Source: an uncultured Fibrobacteraceae bacterium (GTDB lineage Bacteria > Krumholzibacteriota > Krumholzibacteriia > LZORAL124-64-63). Taken from it: a stretch of DNA of 64,000 bases. Positions 9,658 to 19,409 of the stretch are shown here, piece by piece. Position 1 is the stretch's first letter; every line of letters starts with the position of its first letter. The notes under the pieces are model-generated. The model had not been told where the DNA came from and searched no databases. It saw only the letters and a program-made list of their open reading frames with translations. The stretch covers positions 7,346-71,345 of the forward strand of contig CAZYDJ010000001.1 of assembly GCA_964646035.1 (NCBI GenBank). The letters run 5' to 3'. The position numbers and the translations under genes are program-made.

Positions 9658-11009
9658 CAATCTTCTCCCCCGTTCTTCCGGTCGCCGGAACCGCTGATGT
9701 CGATCCGGATGGGTGTCCGGGTCCGGTTCCGGAAGCTCAGGATCTCGACGTTCACCGAGTGATCCCACAACTGGTCCAGTTCATCGACGATCTCCATGGT
9801 CGCGGTGTAGCGACCGTCGCCGACGAGACGTCCGTTCTCGTCCTCGCCGCCCCAGGTGATGGATTCCGCGGGAGCGCCCTTGCCGCTCAGGGCCCTGACC
9901 AGGGCTCCCTGCCCGTCCAGGATCTCCAGGCGCCAGGACTTCACCTTGCCGTTGACCGCGGTGCTGACGTCGAAGGTCACATTGCGATCCTGTCCGGCGG
10001 GGCTGAAGCGTTCGCGATCGGCCTGGATCCGGATGCCGTCGGGGACTCCGAACCTCATCGTGGCGCTCATGACGCTGGTTCCGCCCAGTTCATGACCCAC
10101 GTAGGCGTAATCGAGCTGCCAGTTCTGGTATCGGACGCCGGCGCCGTAACTGTATTGCTCACGCAGGGAATCGTAGCCGCCGCGCAAAACCACGTTGCGG
10201 GCGACCCAGCCCTCGGCTCCCGCCTGGACCTTGGCGTCCATGTACTCCGTCTTCATCAGGTCGGTGATCAGCATCAGACGGTTGTTGAAGAAACGCAGGG
10301 ATGCGCCGCCGCGGACGGTGCGGGCCAGCTTCTCGGGCTCCGTGTTCAGCGTGATCTCGGGCGCCACCAGGTTCTGGACCGAAACGCCGACTCCGAGATG
10401 CTTGTTCGGGCGCATGTAGAATCCCGCATCCAGGCCCATCCCGCTGCCGGAGTAGCCGTCGATGTCCTGGGAGACCGATTTTCCGGTCAGGCCCCAGCCC
10501 ATCCGGCTGTTGCCGAAGGCGTAGCTGATCGAAACCACGCCCTCCTTCTCGCTGAACTCCTCGCCCGTATCGTCGAAGATGCTGGTTCTTTCGAAGTCCC
10601 CGCTGTGCACGAAAGTGCCGCTGAAGGCGAACGTGCCCATGCTCGTGGTGGGCATTCCCAGCGAGAAGAAGGAGTACTTGGTGTCCTCGAAGAGCGTAGC
10701 GCCCATCGCGGTCAACTCCATCGTGCGCAGCTGAGAAAGCCCCGCCGGGTTCCAGTACGCTGTGGCGACATCGTCGCCGGCGGCGACACCGGCTCCGCCG
10801 AGCGCGAGGCTGCGGGCGCTGCTGCCGAAGCGCAGATAGGCTCCCGGAGCTCCGGCGTCATACGACGCGAACGCGCTGCGGGCTAAAACCGCCATCAGGA
10901 CCAGCAGCAGCAACGTCACCGCGAATCGCAGCAGACGGCAGACTGGTGAGCCGAAACGGCGGGCTCCGCTGTCGAGCGGGTTGTCATGGCTGGTGGCGTG
11001 GATACCCAT
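9657..11009 (-). CDS. outer-membrane beta-barrel protein, PorV/PorQ/FadL-like, with a C-terminal FlgD-Ig-like domain
   Basis: A signal peptide is followed by the motif GAGVAAGDDVATAYWNPAGL, which is characteristic of PorV/FadL-like barrels. The C-terminal segment ITWGGEDENGRLVGDGRYTATMEIVD resembles the FlgD Ig-like / T9SS-CTD fold. It starts 9 nt after the giant adhesin gene stop. Confidence 0.55.
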   Translation of the reverse strand: MGIHATSHDNPLDSGARRFGSPVCRLLRFAVTLLLLVLMAVLARSAFASYDAGAPGAYLRFGSSARSLALGGAGVAAGDDVATAYWNPAGLSQLRTMELTAMGATLFEDTKYSFFSLGMPTTSMGTFAFSGTFVHSGDFERTSIFDDTGEEFSEKEGVVSISYAFGNSRMGWGLTGKSVSQDIDGYSGSGMGLDAGFYMRPNKHLGVGVSVQNLVAPEITLNTEPEKLARTVRGGASLRFFNNRLMLITDLMKTEYMDAKVQAGAEGWVARNVVLRGGYDSLREQYSYGAGVRYQNWQLDYAYVGHELGGTSVMSATMRFGVPDGIRIQADRERFSPAGQDRNVTFDVSTAVNGKVKSWRLEILDGQGALVRALSGKGAPAESITWGGEDENGRLVGDGRYTATMEIVDELDQLWDHSVNVEILSFRNRTRTPIRIDISGSGDRKNGGED

Positions 11010-11018
11010 TGCCGTCTC

Positions 11019-14000
11019 CTATTTCACCACCGCGATCTTGCGGCGGATGTCATAACCCGTGCCGGTGATCCGGCAGATGTAGCCTCCGTTGGCGACAATG
11101 TCGCCGTCGCCGTCGCAGCCGTTCCAGGTGAACTGGTTGGTGACTCCGGCCCGGGCATCGATGCTCATGGTCAGGACCGAGGCACCGTAGAGGTCATAGA
11201 TGATCATCTTGGCCGGCCCGTCGGCGGGCGGATTGAAGAGGATCAACGTCGACTCGTCGCCGGCTCGGAACGGGTTCGGGCGGTTGGTGATGGGCTTGCC
11301 TACTCCCAAAGCCGCCGTCGTGTACAGATTCACCGACTGGACAACCTCGCGGACCCCGCTCACTTCCTCGGCGAAGAAGCGCAGCACGTGCAGTCCGGTG
11401 TCGGCGGGGATCAGTTCGGCGAGAGAGAAGGGACCGCTGTACGCCGTCGTCGGCAGGGTGCCGTCCGAACCGTCGATATCCATGAACACGGCCCTGATCC
11501 CGTCGGGAGCCTCGGTCTGCGGAGTCAGTGTGATCCGCGTGTCGAAGGTGATGTACTTGCCGTCCTCGTAATCGGAGGCCACGCCCTCGTAGCTGATCTC
11601 AGTCGCCGGCGGTCCTGCCACCAGCAGTTCCCGCAGCTCCGGCGCCATGCCCAGGCACGAGACCTGAAGCAAGATGTCTTCGGTGGCGTCGTAATCAGCC
11701 CTCAAAGAGACGACCGCATGACCGTCGGCGCTGGTGACGACCAGAATTTCAGGCTGGCCGGCCGGTCCGACCGTACCGTCGCCCTCGAGAACCTCGAAAT
11801 CGATGTCCAGGCCGGGAATGGCGTTGCCCGCTGCATCGTCGACTTCGGCGATGACCGTCACGACGTCGTTCGGGCGCATGACACCGGAGAACGCTCCGCC
11901 GTCTCCGTCCTGCAGACTGACCACGAAACTGTTCGCAGCCCCGGGCAGGACCGTTATCTGGCTGCTGATCGAAGAGCCGCCCTCGCTATCCTCGACGCGC
12001 AGGTAGATGACCTCGGCGCGGTCGTAGGACTGGTAGGCGAAGGAGGCGATCCCGCCCTCGGTCGAACCCATCTGGTAGGCCAGGGTGCCGGCGGGACTGA
12101 GCGAGATGTCGGGCCGGATATCGCCGGTCCAGGCATGGAATACCGTGACCGTGAACGCAACGTCGGCCGAGGTGACTAATTCACCGGTGTCGCCGTCGAC
12201 GCGGCCGATGGTCATCGGCCAGGTGGCTCCGGCTATGACCGTGTCCGGAACCGAGATATCGTATTCCACGCTGGCCGGGACGACGGTCAGCACGCCGCTA
12301 TAACCCTCACGGCCGTATGCGTCGACTGCACGGATCACGATCTGCTCGCTGATGCCGTATGTCTGGTGGTCGATGACAGCCACTCCCGCGACCAGGCTGC
12401 CGCCGGCGACTCCCAGTTCGGCGGTGGCCGCCGACCAGTTCGGCTTCAGTGCGCTGATGGTGAAGTCGCCGCCGGCCGGTATGGGCGTGCCGTCCTGGGT
12501 GTCGATCAGGCGCAGGCCGAGTTGGAACGTCGAAGGAGGCCCGGTAATCACGATCGCCGGATCCGGCAGATCGATCGCGTACGTCACGTCGCGCACCTGG
12601 ACATCCACCACGCCGCCGATCGCGTCCGGAGCATCGGCATCCGCCGCGTAGATCGAGACCTGTCCGGTTCCAGCGAGAATCACGTCTATGGTGCGGGATC
12701 CGTTGATGAACGCGGCGCCGGCTGCGGCGGGATCGGAGAGCATGAGCCACCCGGCGACCGAGCACGTCACGTCGATCGATCCCGAGTTCAGGGTGGTGAG
12801 CCTGTTGTAGTACTGGTCCACGGCCTGAACCGTGAGCGGGAACGCCACGCCGACATGTTGCGGCAGCGGCTCACCGGTCTTGCCCGCGGTATCGATCGAT
12901 CCGGGAACTGCGGTTTCGCCCGGAGCCAGGACCAGGACCTGCTTGAATCCGTCGGGAAGCATCCGGCAGGTGTTGCTGACTCCGACTACTCCGTCGATGT
13001 CGCTGACCCTGATGAAGATCTCCTCGGCCAGGGTGTAGCTCTGTTCGATCAGGCAGTAGCCGCTGTTGTAGGTCTGCTGGTGGATGCCGTAGTTGCCGGT
13101 CACCGGCATTCCGGTCACCGCGCTGAGGATCTCGATGTCGAGCATGCCGCCTTGCGTGGTGACCCTTTCCCCGGTGTTGGAGTCCATCAGTTCGACTTCG
13201 AGCGGGAATGTCGACGGGCCGCCGACGGTGGCGTTCTCGGGAATCGAGACGGCGTAGTAGAGCCCGCCGGTCTGCATGTCGATGACGTCGCTGACAATCT
13301 GCCGGCCGTAGTCGTCGACCATGCGGACAACCAGGTTCTCGAGAGCGCTGTAGCTCTGGTTGTTGATCACGGCGACGCCGTTGACCAGGGCCCCTGAAGT
13401 CACGCCCAGGCTGCCGGTGCCCGCCGAGAGATCGGCGCGCAGGGGCTCGAGCGTGAAGTGGTTGAAGGCCGACGGCATGGGGAATCCGGTCAGCGGATCC
13501 ATCAGCCTGATGGTCATCGCGAAGCCGGGGATCGGCCCGGTGGAGGCCGCTGCCGGCACGTCGATCTCGTAGTAGTAGGGATCGACCAGGGTAACGGTCG
13601 TGGTCTGGGGGGTCCGCGCGGGATCGTCCAGATCGGACGCCGTGACGCTGACCGGACCGGCCTGGGTCAGGAACGACGAGAACGTCCGGGCCCCGTTGAT
13701 GAAGGACTGGTCGTTGACGTCGGGATTGCCGACGATGGCGAACGAGCCGTCGGAGGCTTCCAGATGTACGGTGCCGACCGCAGTCGTGTCCGCCACGTTC
13801 CAGTACTGGTCGACGGCGTAGACATCGATCGGGAACGGCTCGCCGGGCCTCTGGGAATCCGGATCGCCGTCCTTGCCGGTCAGCGAATAGGCGGGATCTC
13901 CGGGATGGGCCGTCTCGCCGGGGGCCAGAATCTGCAGGTGCTTGTACCCGTCGTGATCGACGCTGAACAGCGGGCTGTAGCCGACCAGGCCGGTATCATC

Positions 14001-17000
14001 CCATATCCTCAGATAGATGTTCTCGGCGCGGGTGTAGCTCTGCTCGAAATCGAGAACGCCGTGCTCGAGTCGCTGCAGGATAGTTCCGACCGCGCCCACG
14101 GCCTGCACGCCTGTCTCGTCATAGATCTCGATGTTGAACAGGCGGCCGTCGTCGATCACCGTTCGCGTTTCACGGTCGCGCAGCGAAACGGAAACCGGGA
14201 ACGTGGCCGGGGGCCCCACCCGGGGAGCGGGGTCGGTCTGGACGGTTACGATGTACTCGACTCCGTTGTCGAGCATGGTGATCGGCGTGGAATAGCCCTT
14301 CCGCCCGGAGATGTCGGAAACCTCGATCACGATCGGCTCGACGGTGTCATAGGCCTGTGCCGGGACCGCAAGCTGTCCGTCGGCCAGATGACCGTCTGTA
14401 ACCAGCAGGGTCCCGTCGGCGGGCTGCAGGTCGGTGCCGAGAGCGCGGATCGTGACGTCGGTCTGGGCGGTATCGATGATGTTGCCGTCGCCGTCGACCA
14501 GATGGACGGACATCGCGAAAGTGCTCGGCGGCCCGACCTGGGCGTTGCCGGGCACGCTGATGACGTACTGGGCCCCTTCCTCCACTAGGAAGATCACTGA
14601 CTGGTCCGCGATTGCCGGATCATCCTCGTTCGAAGCGGTGACCGTCACGTAGCCAACCGAAGTCAATGAGATCGGGAAGATGATGTCGCCGTCGACCAGG
14701 GGATTGCCGTTGTTCAGGGGATTGGTGTCGTTGAGCGACGCATCATCGCTGACCAATCGGATCACGCCGCCGTCATGGGAGACGGGATTCCAGAACCGAT
14801 CGACCGCCTGGACGGTCACCGGGAACTGGAGGGCCGCGATGCGGGGATCGGGAAGGCCGATCTTGCCGTCTGCCTCGTAGCCGCCGGGCAGAGGGGTCTC
14901 GCCGGGGGCCACGATCTGCAACTGGATGAATTCGCCCGGGTCCACCTGCACCCGGCTCGAGTCGGCGCGCTCCGGAGAGGCGAGATCGAAGGCCGTCAGA
15001 GTGCGCAGGCCGGCGGTGCGGAAGTAGAGATCGAAATCGCCGGTCCCGTCCGCCGCCAGGGGCGAGTTGTTCAGGGAAACCATCTCGAAGAATTCATCGC
15101 ATTGGATACGGACGATCGGTTCGGCCGCAACCGGGTTCCAGAAAGCGTCCACTGCCTGGATGTGGGCCGTGACGGTGTCGCCGGCGGCCACCGGCAAGGG
15201 CACGCCGATCTTACCGGGAGCCTCTCCCGGGCTCGCCGTTTCGCCGTCGAGCAGGACCTGCAGATTCTCGTAGGGACCGGCGAAGACCGTGAAGTCGTTG
15301 CTCGATCCGGTGCGTCCGTAGACGTCCTCGCGGGCTTCGAGATGAACGTCGACGCCGACCCGGGTGATCTGGATCTGGTTGCGCCACACGCCCACGAACG
15401 AACCCGAGCCGAAGCCGTCGGACATGTCGATCCTGACCGGGGTCATGATGTCGGCGCCGTGGCTGACCGAGAGGGAGATCTCATCGGTGTAATTGGTGAT
15501 GTGGTTGCCGAAGAAGTCGCGGGCGATGACCGTCACGTTGGGCAGCCAGGAACCCGCCTGATGATCCGGAACCGGCTGCAGGATGTCGCCCGGGTCGGGA
15601 TTGGTCTGGTTGTTGATGCCGATGTCGAAATGGTCGATCACGCCGGGGGAAACCGGGATGATCGCGGTGCCGGCGGCGCCGCTGACCGAATCCGTCGCCT
15701 GCACGGTCTGCTCGTTGGGCTCGGCCAGGGTCTGCAGCGTGGCCGGGAACAGGGCCGTAGGCGTGAGCAGGGTCTGCGGCGATGCCGGCAGGACGGCCGC
15801 CGCGTCGGTGCTGCTGAAGTCCAGCGTGCGGGGCAAGGAGGGCGAAGAGGTCGCGATCGGGTTCCAATAGGCGTCGGCGGCGATGACCGTGACGTTGAAC
15901 GGAACTCCCGCATCCTGGGAAGTGGGGGTGCCGATCTTGCCGTCGCTCTCGATCGAATCGAAAATACCCGGCTCGAGCTGTTCGCCCGGAGCCTCGACCA
16001 CGATCCGCTTGTAGACGTTGGGAATGACCGGCACGGAGCTCGACAGGCTGGTGCCGATGCCGCCGATATCACCCTGCAGCACCTGGCCGCCGTGGGTCCT
16101 GAAGATGACCCGGATATCGGTGGGGCTGCTCAACACCATCATGTTGTCGGAATACTCCGGCAACAGCATATAACCGGTGGGGCAGCTTAGCGTCACGGTC
16201 CGCGATCCGGAAACCAGGTTCCCGTAGCGGTCGACGGGACGCAGCGTGACCGGCTCGATCACGTTGCCCGCCACCAGGCCGTTGGGCACGCCCAGATTGC
16301 CGCTGAAAGCCGGGTCGTTGAGACCCGGCAGCCAGGTCTCGCCCGGGTAGGTGAAGAGGATGCGGTCCAGGGGCCCCGCATTCACCTGGAAACCGCCGGA
16401 TACCCCGACAACTCCGCCGTTGCTGTCGATGATCAGGTTGGCGCTGAAAGCCCGCTTGGTGACCTGGGCGTGCGCATCCAGGACGCCGTTGACGAACGTC
16501 GCCGTATCGGTGATCAGGAAATCGGCGCTCTCGTCGGTCTCGCCGATCTTGACGCGCATCGAAACCGCGCCGTTGAACGGAAACAGGTTGTCGTTGATAT
16601 CCATGGCCCTGACCCGGACCAGGAACGGAATCGTAGTCACCTGGGCCACCGTCGTATCCCAGACGGCGTAATCGAAGACGAAGTGGTCCAGGCCCTGGGG
16701 GTTCACTTCGACCCAGCTCTCGCTGAAGGAGCCGCCGGTGCCGGTGGCCGCCACCTCTATCCTCGTGGTTCCGGACTGGATCAGGGTCATGTCCAGGTCC
16801 TGCTCGACGCTGCTGGTCATGTCCAGATCGAAGGGAAGGACCACGCCCGCGCTGGGGTCGTTGCAGGTCCATGTCAGATGGGGATAGGGACCCACCTCAA
16901 TCGGATTCCAGTATTCGTCGGTGGCGTAGACGTCCACGCCGTTGAAAACCGCGCCCGAGATCTGCGCCAGGGGCGTGCCGGCCTTGCCTGGATACACTCC

Positions 17001-17789
17001 GGGGGTCAGGATCTCGCCCGGAAGCAGAAGCACGATGGTGGCGAGGTTGCCGGGATGCAGCGGCGTCACCAGGACCTGGCCGGAAGCCGGGAAGGCCTGG
17101 CCGGGATAGATGACGCTGCCGGTGGCGCTGAGGTTGTTGTCGCGGGTCACGGGATCGGTGCCGAGCAGGGTCACCGAAGTGGTCAGTGTTCCGAAGCTGA
17201 AGGAGGCCCCGGGCAGAGTGATTGTCGGGCCGGAGTCGAAGTTGCCGATGGCCGCCTGCAGCAACACGTTGTCGGCGAAGTTACGCACCGCGTTTCCCAG
17301 GGCGTCCTCGGCCGTGATAGTGATGGAGATGGACTGGCCCACGTATTTGTCGCCGGCGGGCACATTGATGACGATGTGGTCCACGGGGTTGTAGCAGTTC
17401 ATCAGGATCTCGGCCACGGGCACCGAGGGATCGTCATAGTCGCCGACCTGCAGACGAAGCGGCTGTCCGGGCGCCAGGAAAGTGATGTCGTCGAATTGAC
17501 GCTCGCCGTTCTGGAGATACGCCCGCGCAGGCAAGGTGGTCGGAACGTCCGGTGACCGGAGGTCGGCGTTGATGAAGTCGGCCGCGGTGTCGGTCGTGCC
17601 GTCGGCGTTGACCGCCCGCACCCTGACGCTGAAACCAGCGCCGGATGTCGCCGCCGGATAGCCGTCGACGATGTTCGGATCGGTGACCGTGAGTTCGAGA
17701 TGATCGAAAGCGGCCGCCAATCCCGGCAAGGCCGAAAGAATGACGGTGGCCATGATGATCCGGAATATCAGTGCAGTCTTGATTCGCAT
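11019..17789 (-). CDS. giant (2256 aa) secreted repeat adhesin-like protein with tandem Ig-like domains and a T9SS (Por) C-terminal sorting domain
   Basis: The signal peptide MRIKTALIFRIIMATVILSALPGLAAA starts from the ATG at 17787-17789. The body is made of two families of beta-sandwich repeats (..VGPPSTF..D..G.. and ..PG..DGK.G.P....F.VTV.AVD.YWNPV) arranged as higher-order super-repeats. The C-terminus NPFRAGDESTLILFNP...IIYDLYGASV...FTWNGCDGDGDIVANGGYICRI matches the T9SS type-A CTD. Confidence 0.8.
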   Translation of the reverse strand: MRIKTALIFRIIMATVILSALPGLAAAFDHLELTVTDPNIVDGYPAATSGAGFSVRVRAVNADGTTDTAADFINADLRSPDVPTTLPARAYLQNGERQFDDITFLAPGQPLRLQVGDYDDPSVPVAEILMNCYNPVDHIVINVPAGDKYVGQSISITITAEDALGNAVRNFADNVLLQAAIGNFDSGPTITLPGASFSFGTLTTSVTLLGTDPVTRDNNLSATGSVIYPGQAFPASGQVLVTPLHPGNLATIVLLLPGEILTPGVYPGKAGTPLAQISGAVFNGVDVYATDEYWNPIEVGPYPHLTWTCNDPSAGVVLPFDLDMTSSVEQDLDMTLIQSGTTRIEVAATGTGGSFSESWVEVNPQGLDHFVFDYAVWDTTVAQVTTIPFLVRVRAMDINDNLFPFNGAVSMRVKIGETDESADFLITDTATFVNGVLDAHAQVTKRAFSANLIIDSNGGVVGVSGGFQVNAGPLDRILFTYPGETWLPGLNDPAFSGNLGVPNGLVAGNVIEPVTLRPVDRYGNLVSGSRTVTLSCPTGYMLLPEYSDNMMVLSSPTDIRVIFRTHGGQVLQGDIGGIGTSLSSSVPVIPNVYKRIVVEAPGEQLEPGIFDSIESDGKIGTPTSQDAGVPFNVTVIAADAYWNPIATSSPSLPRTLDFSSTDAAAVLPASPQTLLTPTALFPATLQTLAEPNEQTVQATDSVSGAAGTAIIPVSPGVIDHFDIGINNQTNPDPGDILQPVPDHQAGSWLPNVTVIARDFFGNHITNYTDEISLSVSHGADIMTPVRIDMSDGFGSGSFVGVWRNQIQITRVGVDVHLEAREDVYGRTGSSNDFTVFAGPYENLQVLLDGETASPGEAPGKIGVPLPVAAGDTVTAHIQAVDAFWNPVAAEPIVRIQCDEFFEMVSLNNSPLAADGTGDFDLYFRTAGLRTLTAFDLASPERADSSRVQVDPGEFIQLQIVAPGETPLPGGYEADGKIGLPDPRIAALQFPVTVQAVDRFWNPVSHDGGVIRLVSDDASLNDTNPLNNGNPLVDGDIIFPISLTSVGYVTVTASNEDDPAIADQSVIFLVEEGAQYVISVPGNAQVGPPSTFAMSVHLVDGDGNIIDTAQTDVTIRALGTDLQPADGTLLVTDGHLADGQLAVPAQAYDTVEPIVIEVSDISGRKGYSTPITMLDNGVEYIVTVQTDPAPRVGPPATFPVSVSLRDRETRTVIDDGRLFNIEIYDETGVQAVGAVGTILQRLEHGVLDFEQSYTRAENIYLRIWDDTGLVGYSPLFSVDHDGYKHLQILAPGETAHPGDPAYSLTGKDGDPDSQRPGEPFPIDVYAVDQYWNVADTTAVGTVHLEASDGSFAIVGNPDVNDQSFINGARTFSSFLTQAGPVSVTASDLDDPARTPQTTTVTLVDPYYYEIDVPAAASTGPIPGFAMTIRLMDPLTGFPMPSAFNHFTLEPLRADLSAGTGSLGVTSGALVNGVAVINNQSYSALENLVVRMVDDYGRQIVSDVIDMQTGGLYYAVSIPENATVGGPSTFPLEVELMDSNTGERVTTQGGMLDIEILSAVTGMPVTGNYGIHQQTYNSGYCLIEQSYTLAEEIFIRVSDIDGVVGVSNTCRMLPDGFKQVLVLAPGETAVPGSIDTAGKTGEPLPQHVGVAFPLTVQAVDQYYNRLTTLNSGSIDVTCSVAGWLMLSDPAAAGAAFINGSRTIDVILAGTGQVSIYAADADAPDAIGGVVDVQVRDVTYAIDLPDPAIVITGPPSTFQLGLRLIDTQDGTPIPAGGDFTISALKPNWSAATAELGVAGGSLVAGVAVIDHQTYGISEQIVIRAVDAYGREGYSGVLTVVPASVEYDISVPDTVIAGATWPMTIGRVDGDTGELVTSADVAFTVTVFHAWTGDIRPDISLSPAGTLAYQMGSTEGGIASFAYQSYDRAEVIYLRVEDSEGGSSISSQITVLPGAANSFVVSLQDGDGGAFSGVMRPNDVVTVIAEVDDAAGNAIPGLDIDFEVLEGDGTVGPAGQPEILVVTSADGHAVVSLRADYDATEDILLQVSCLGMAPELRELLVAGPPATEISYEGVASDYEDGKYITFDTRITLTPQTEAPDGIRAVFMDIDGSDGTLPTTAYSGPFSLAELIPADTGLHVLRFFAEEVSGVREVVQSVNLYTTAALGVGKPITNRPNPFRAGDESTLILFNPPADGPAKMIIYDLYGASVLTMSIDARAGVTNQFTWNGCDGDGDIVANGGYICRITGTGYDIRRKIAVVK

Positions 17790-18250
17790 GACAATCCTGC
17801 CGCTGCTGGGTGGAAAAAACGTCTTCCAATGGGTTGGGTCATGCAGAATGCACGGCGGCGGCGCCCTGGAGCCCATTCCGGGAGACCCGAGACGGGAAGC
17901 CAGCAAGTGATATGCCATGGAAAACAATGGCTTATGCTTCCCAATGATGCCCTTTGATTCCTGTTTAAAACCCGATCCCCCGACACGCCCGCAGAAGCGT
18001 CGGGTAACGGGCGGAAACTCCAGGGCATAGATGGAGATTGCAGGACGCTACAGGGCGCGACAGGACGCGATGACCCTGCCCGGGGCACTCTCGACGACGA
18101 CGGGGAATTCCACTCCAGCGACCGGTTGGGAATAATTCCCCGGCCCGTTTCCGGCGGACGAATAAATGGGATTGTGGGGCGGGCGAACGAGGATTATCGT
18201 TCCCGTCAGAAAACCGAGCGATACGCGATCCTCGAAGGAGAAATTCCAGC

Positions 18251-19045
18251 ATGAGCGCATTGACCGCTAGCAAGGCCGACAAGCATTGGCTCTATGAGAA
18301 CTCGGTCCAGAATCCCGAGGCCGAAGTCCAGTTCATCGACCGCGTATTCCGGTCCGAATTCAAGCGCCGGCCCTCCTTCCTGCGCGAGGATTTCTGCGGC
18401 ACCGCCAACCTGAGCAGTTGTTGGGTTTCCCTCCGCAAAGGGAACACCGCGCTGGGGGTCGACAACCATCTGCCGACGCTGAACTGGGGCCGCCGCCATA
18501 ATCTGGCCCCTCTCGGAGACCGCGCGGCTTCCGTGGAACTGGTCCACGCCGATGTCCGCGCAGTAACCGCGCCGAAAGCCGATGTTCTCGCCGCGACCAA
18601 CTTCTCCTGGTGGGGATTCCACACCCGCCCGGAACTGCTGGAATATTTCAACGTCTGTCACGAATCCCTCAAGGACGAGGGCATGCTGATGCTGGACATC
18701 TACGGCGGCCCCGAGGCCCAGGTGCTCCAGTTCGAGGAACGGGAATGTGAAGGGTTCACCTACGTCTGGGATCAGGACGTCTTCAACCCGATCACACACG
18801 AATACCGCTGCCGGATCCATTTCCAGTTCCCCGACGGCAGCGAGATGAAAAACGCGTTCCGCTATCATTGGCGCTTGTGGTCCATCCCGGAAGCCTGCGA
18901 GATCCTGGCCGAGGCCGGTTTCCGCAAGTCGGTCGTATACTGGGAGGGCGCGGACAAGAAGGGTAATCCCAACGGAATATTCCGTCACAGCGTGCGTGGC
19001 GATCAATCACCGGCTTGGATCGCCTACATAGTTGCTTTTCGCTGA
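18251..19045 (+). CDS. class I SAM-dependent methyltransferase (hypothetical)
   Basis: A 264-aa ORF with a GAAGGAGA RBS. A motif-I-like segment (LREDFCGTANLS) is followed by an acidic loop. Confidence 0.55.
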   Translation: MSALTASKADKHWLYENSVQNPEAEVQFIDRVFRSEFKRRPSFLREDFCGTANLSSCWVSLRKGNTALGVDNHLPTLNWGRRHNLAPLGDRAASVELVHADVRAVTAPKADVLAATNFSWWGFHTRPELLEYFNVCHESLKDEGMLMLDIYGGPEAQVLQFEERECEGFTYVWDQDVFNPITHEYRCRIHFQFPDGSEMKNAFRYHWRLWSIPEACEILAEAGFRKSVVYWEGADKKGNPNGIFRHSVRGDQSPAWIAYIVAFR

Positions 19046-19090
19046 TTCAAGGCTGCCCATTTCAGCCTGCCGATCGGGAGGATCGTGACC

Positions 19091-19354
19091 ATGGACATGA
19101 GTGTATGCTCTCTTTGCGGCTCGGATTTGGACGAGACGCCCATCATTTACCAGGGAATGGCGTTCTGCTCGGAAGACTGTCGGGATGACTGGCGCCGTGA
19201 CCTTGACGACGAGGATGATTTCGAGATCGGGGAAACCGGCGCAGAGGAGGATTCTTTGGACGATCTCCTGCTGGATAACGACGATCTGGAAGTTGATCTG
19301 GACGACGATGTCGACGATACCTTGTCCGCGGACCTGGCCGACGACCTCTATTGA
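19091..19354 (+). CDS. small Cys4 zinc-ribbon / TRASH-like protein with a poly-acidic C-terminal tail
   Basis: A GGGAGGA RBS sits 10 nt before the ATG at 19091. The protein has a CSLCGSD...x16...CSEDC motif (C-x2-C-x16-C-x3-C). The C-terminal half is about 50% Asp/Glu. The six-frame ORF begins at a GTG at 19085, which lies too close to the RBS. Confidence 0.5.
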   Translation: MDMSVCSLCGSDLDETPIIYQGMAFCSEDCRDDWRRDLDDEDDFEIGETGAEEDSLDDLLLDNDDLEVDLDDDVDDTLSADLADDLY

Positions 19355-19381
19355 ATCCGGTCGCCTAAGCCATCAACAAGA

Positions 19382-19409
19382 AACGAGGAGAGCCTCAGCT
19401 CCCCTCGTT
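19382..19409. terminator. bidirectional intrinsic terminator hairpin between the convergent genes 19091..19354(+) and 19440..19799(-)
   Basis: The inverted repeat is AACGAGGAGAGC-CTCA-GCTCCCCTCGTT, with one A/C mismatch. It is flanked by AAA on the + side and TTT-rich sequence on the - side. Confidence 0.55.

Noticed and set aside
6982-9762. A 926-aa + strand ORF antisense to the TPR protein gene.
   Set aside because: It is an antisense shadow in a 65% GC region with no motifs. The minus-strand frame has a signal peptide and clear TPR periodicity.
9658-9768. The 37-codon N-terminal extension of the TPR ORF in the six-frame track.
   Set aside because: The extension overlaps the upstream barrel gene and precedes the signal peptide. 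The ATG at 9655-9657 forms a classic TGATG coupling junction.
12366-17555. Several long + strand ORFs (12366..13397, 13458..14588, 14775..16190, 16470..17555) inside the giant adhesin gene.
   Set aside because: They are antisense shadows of the single 6.8-kb minus-strand ORF. Their translations are Gly/Arg/Asp low-complexity.
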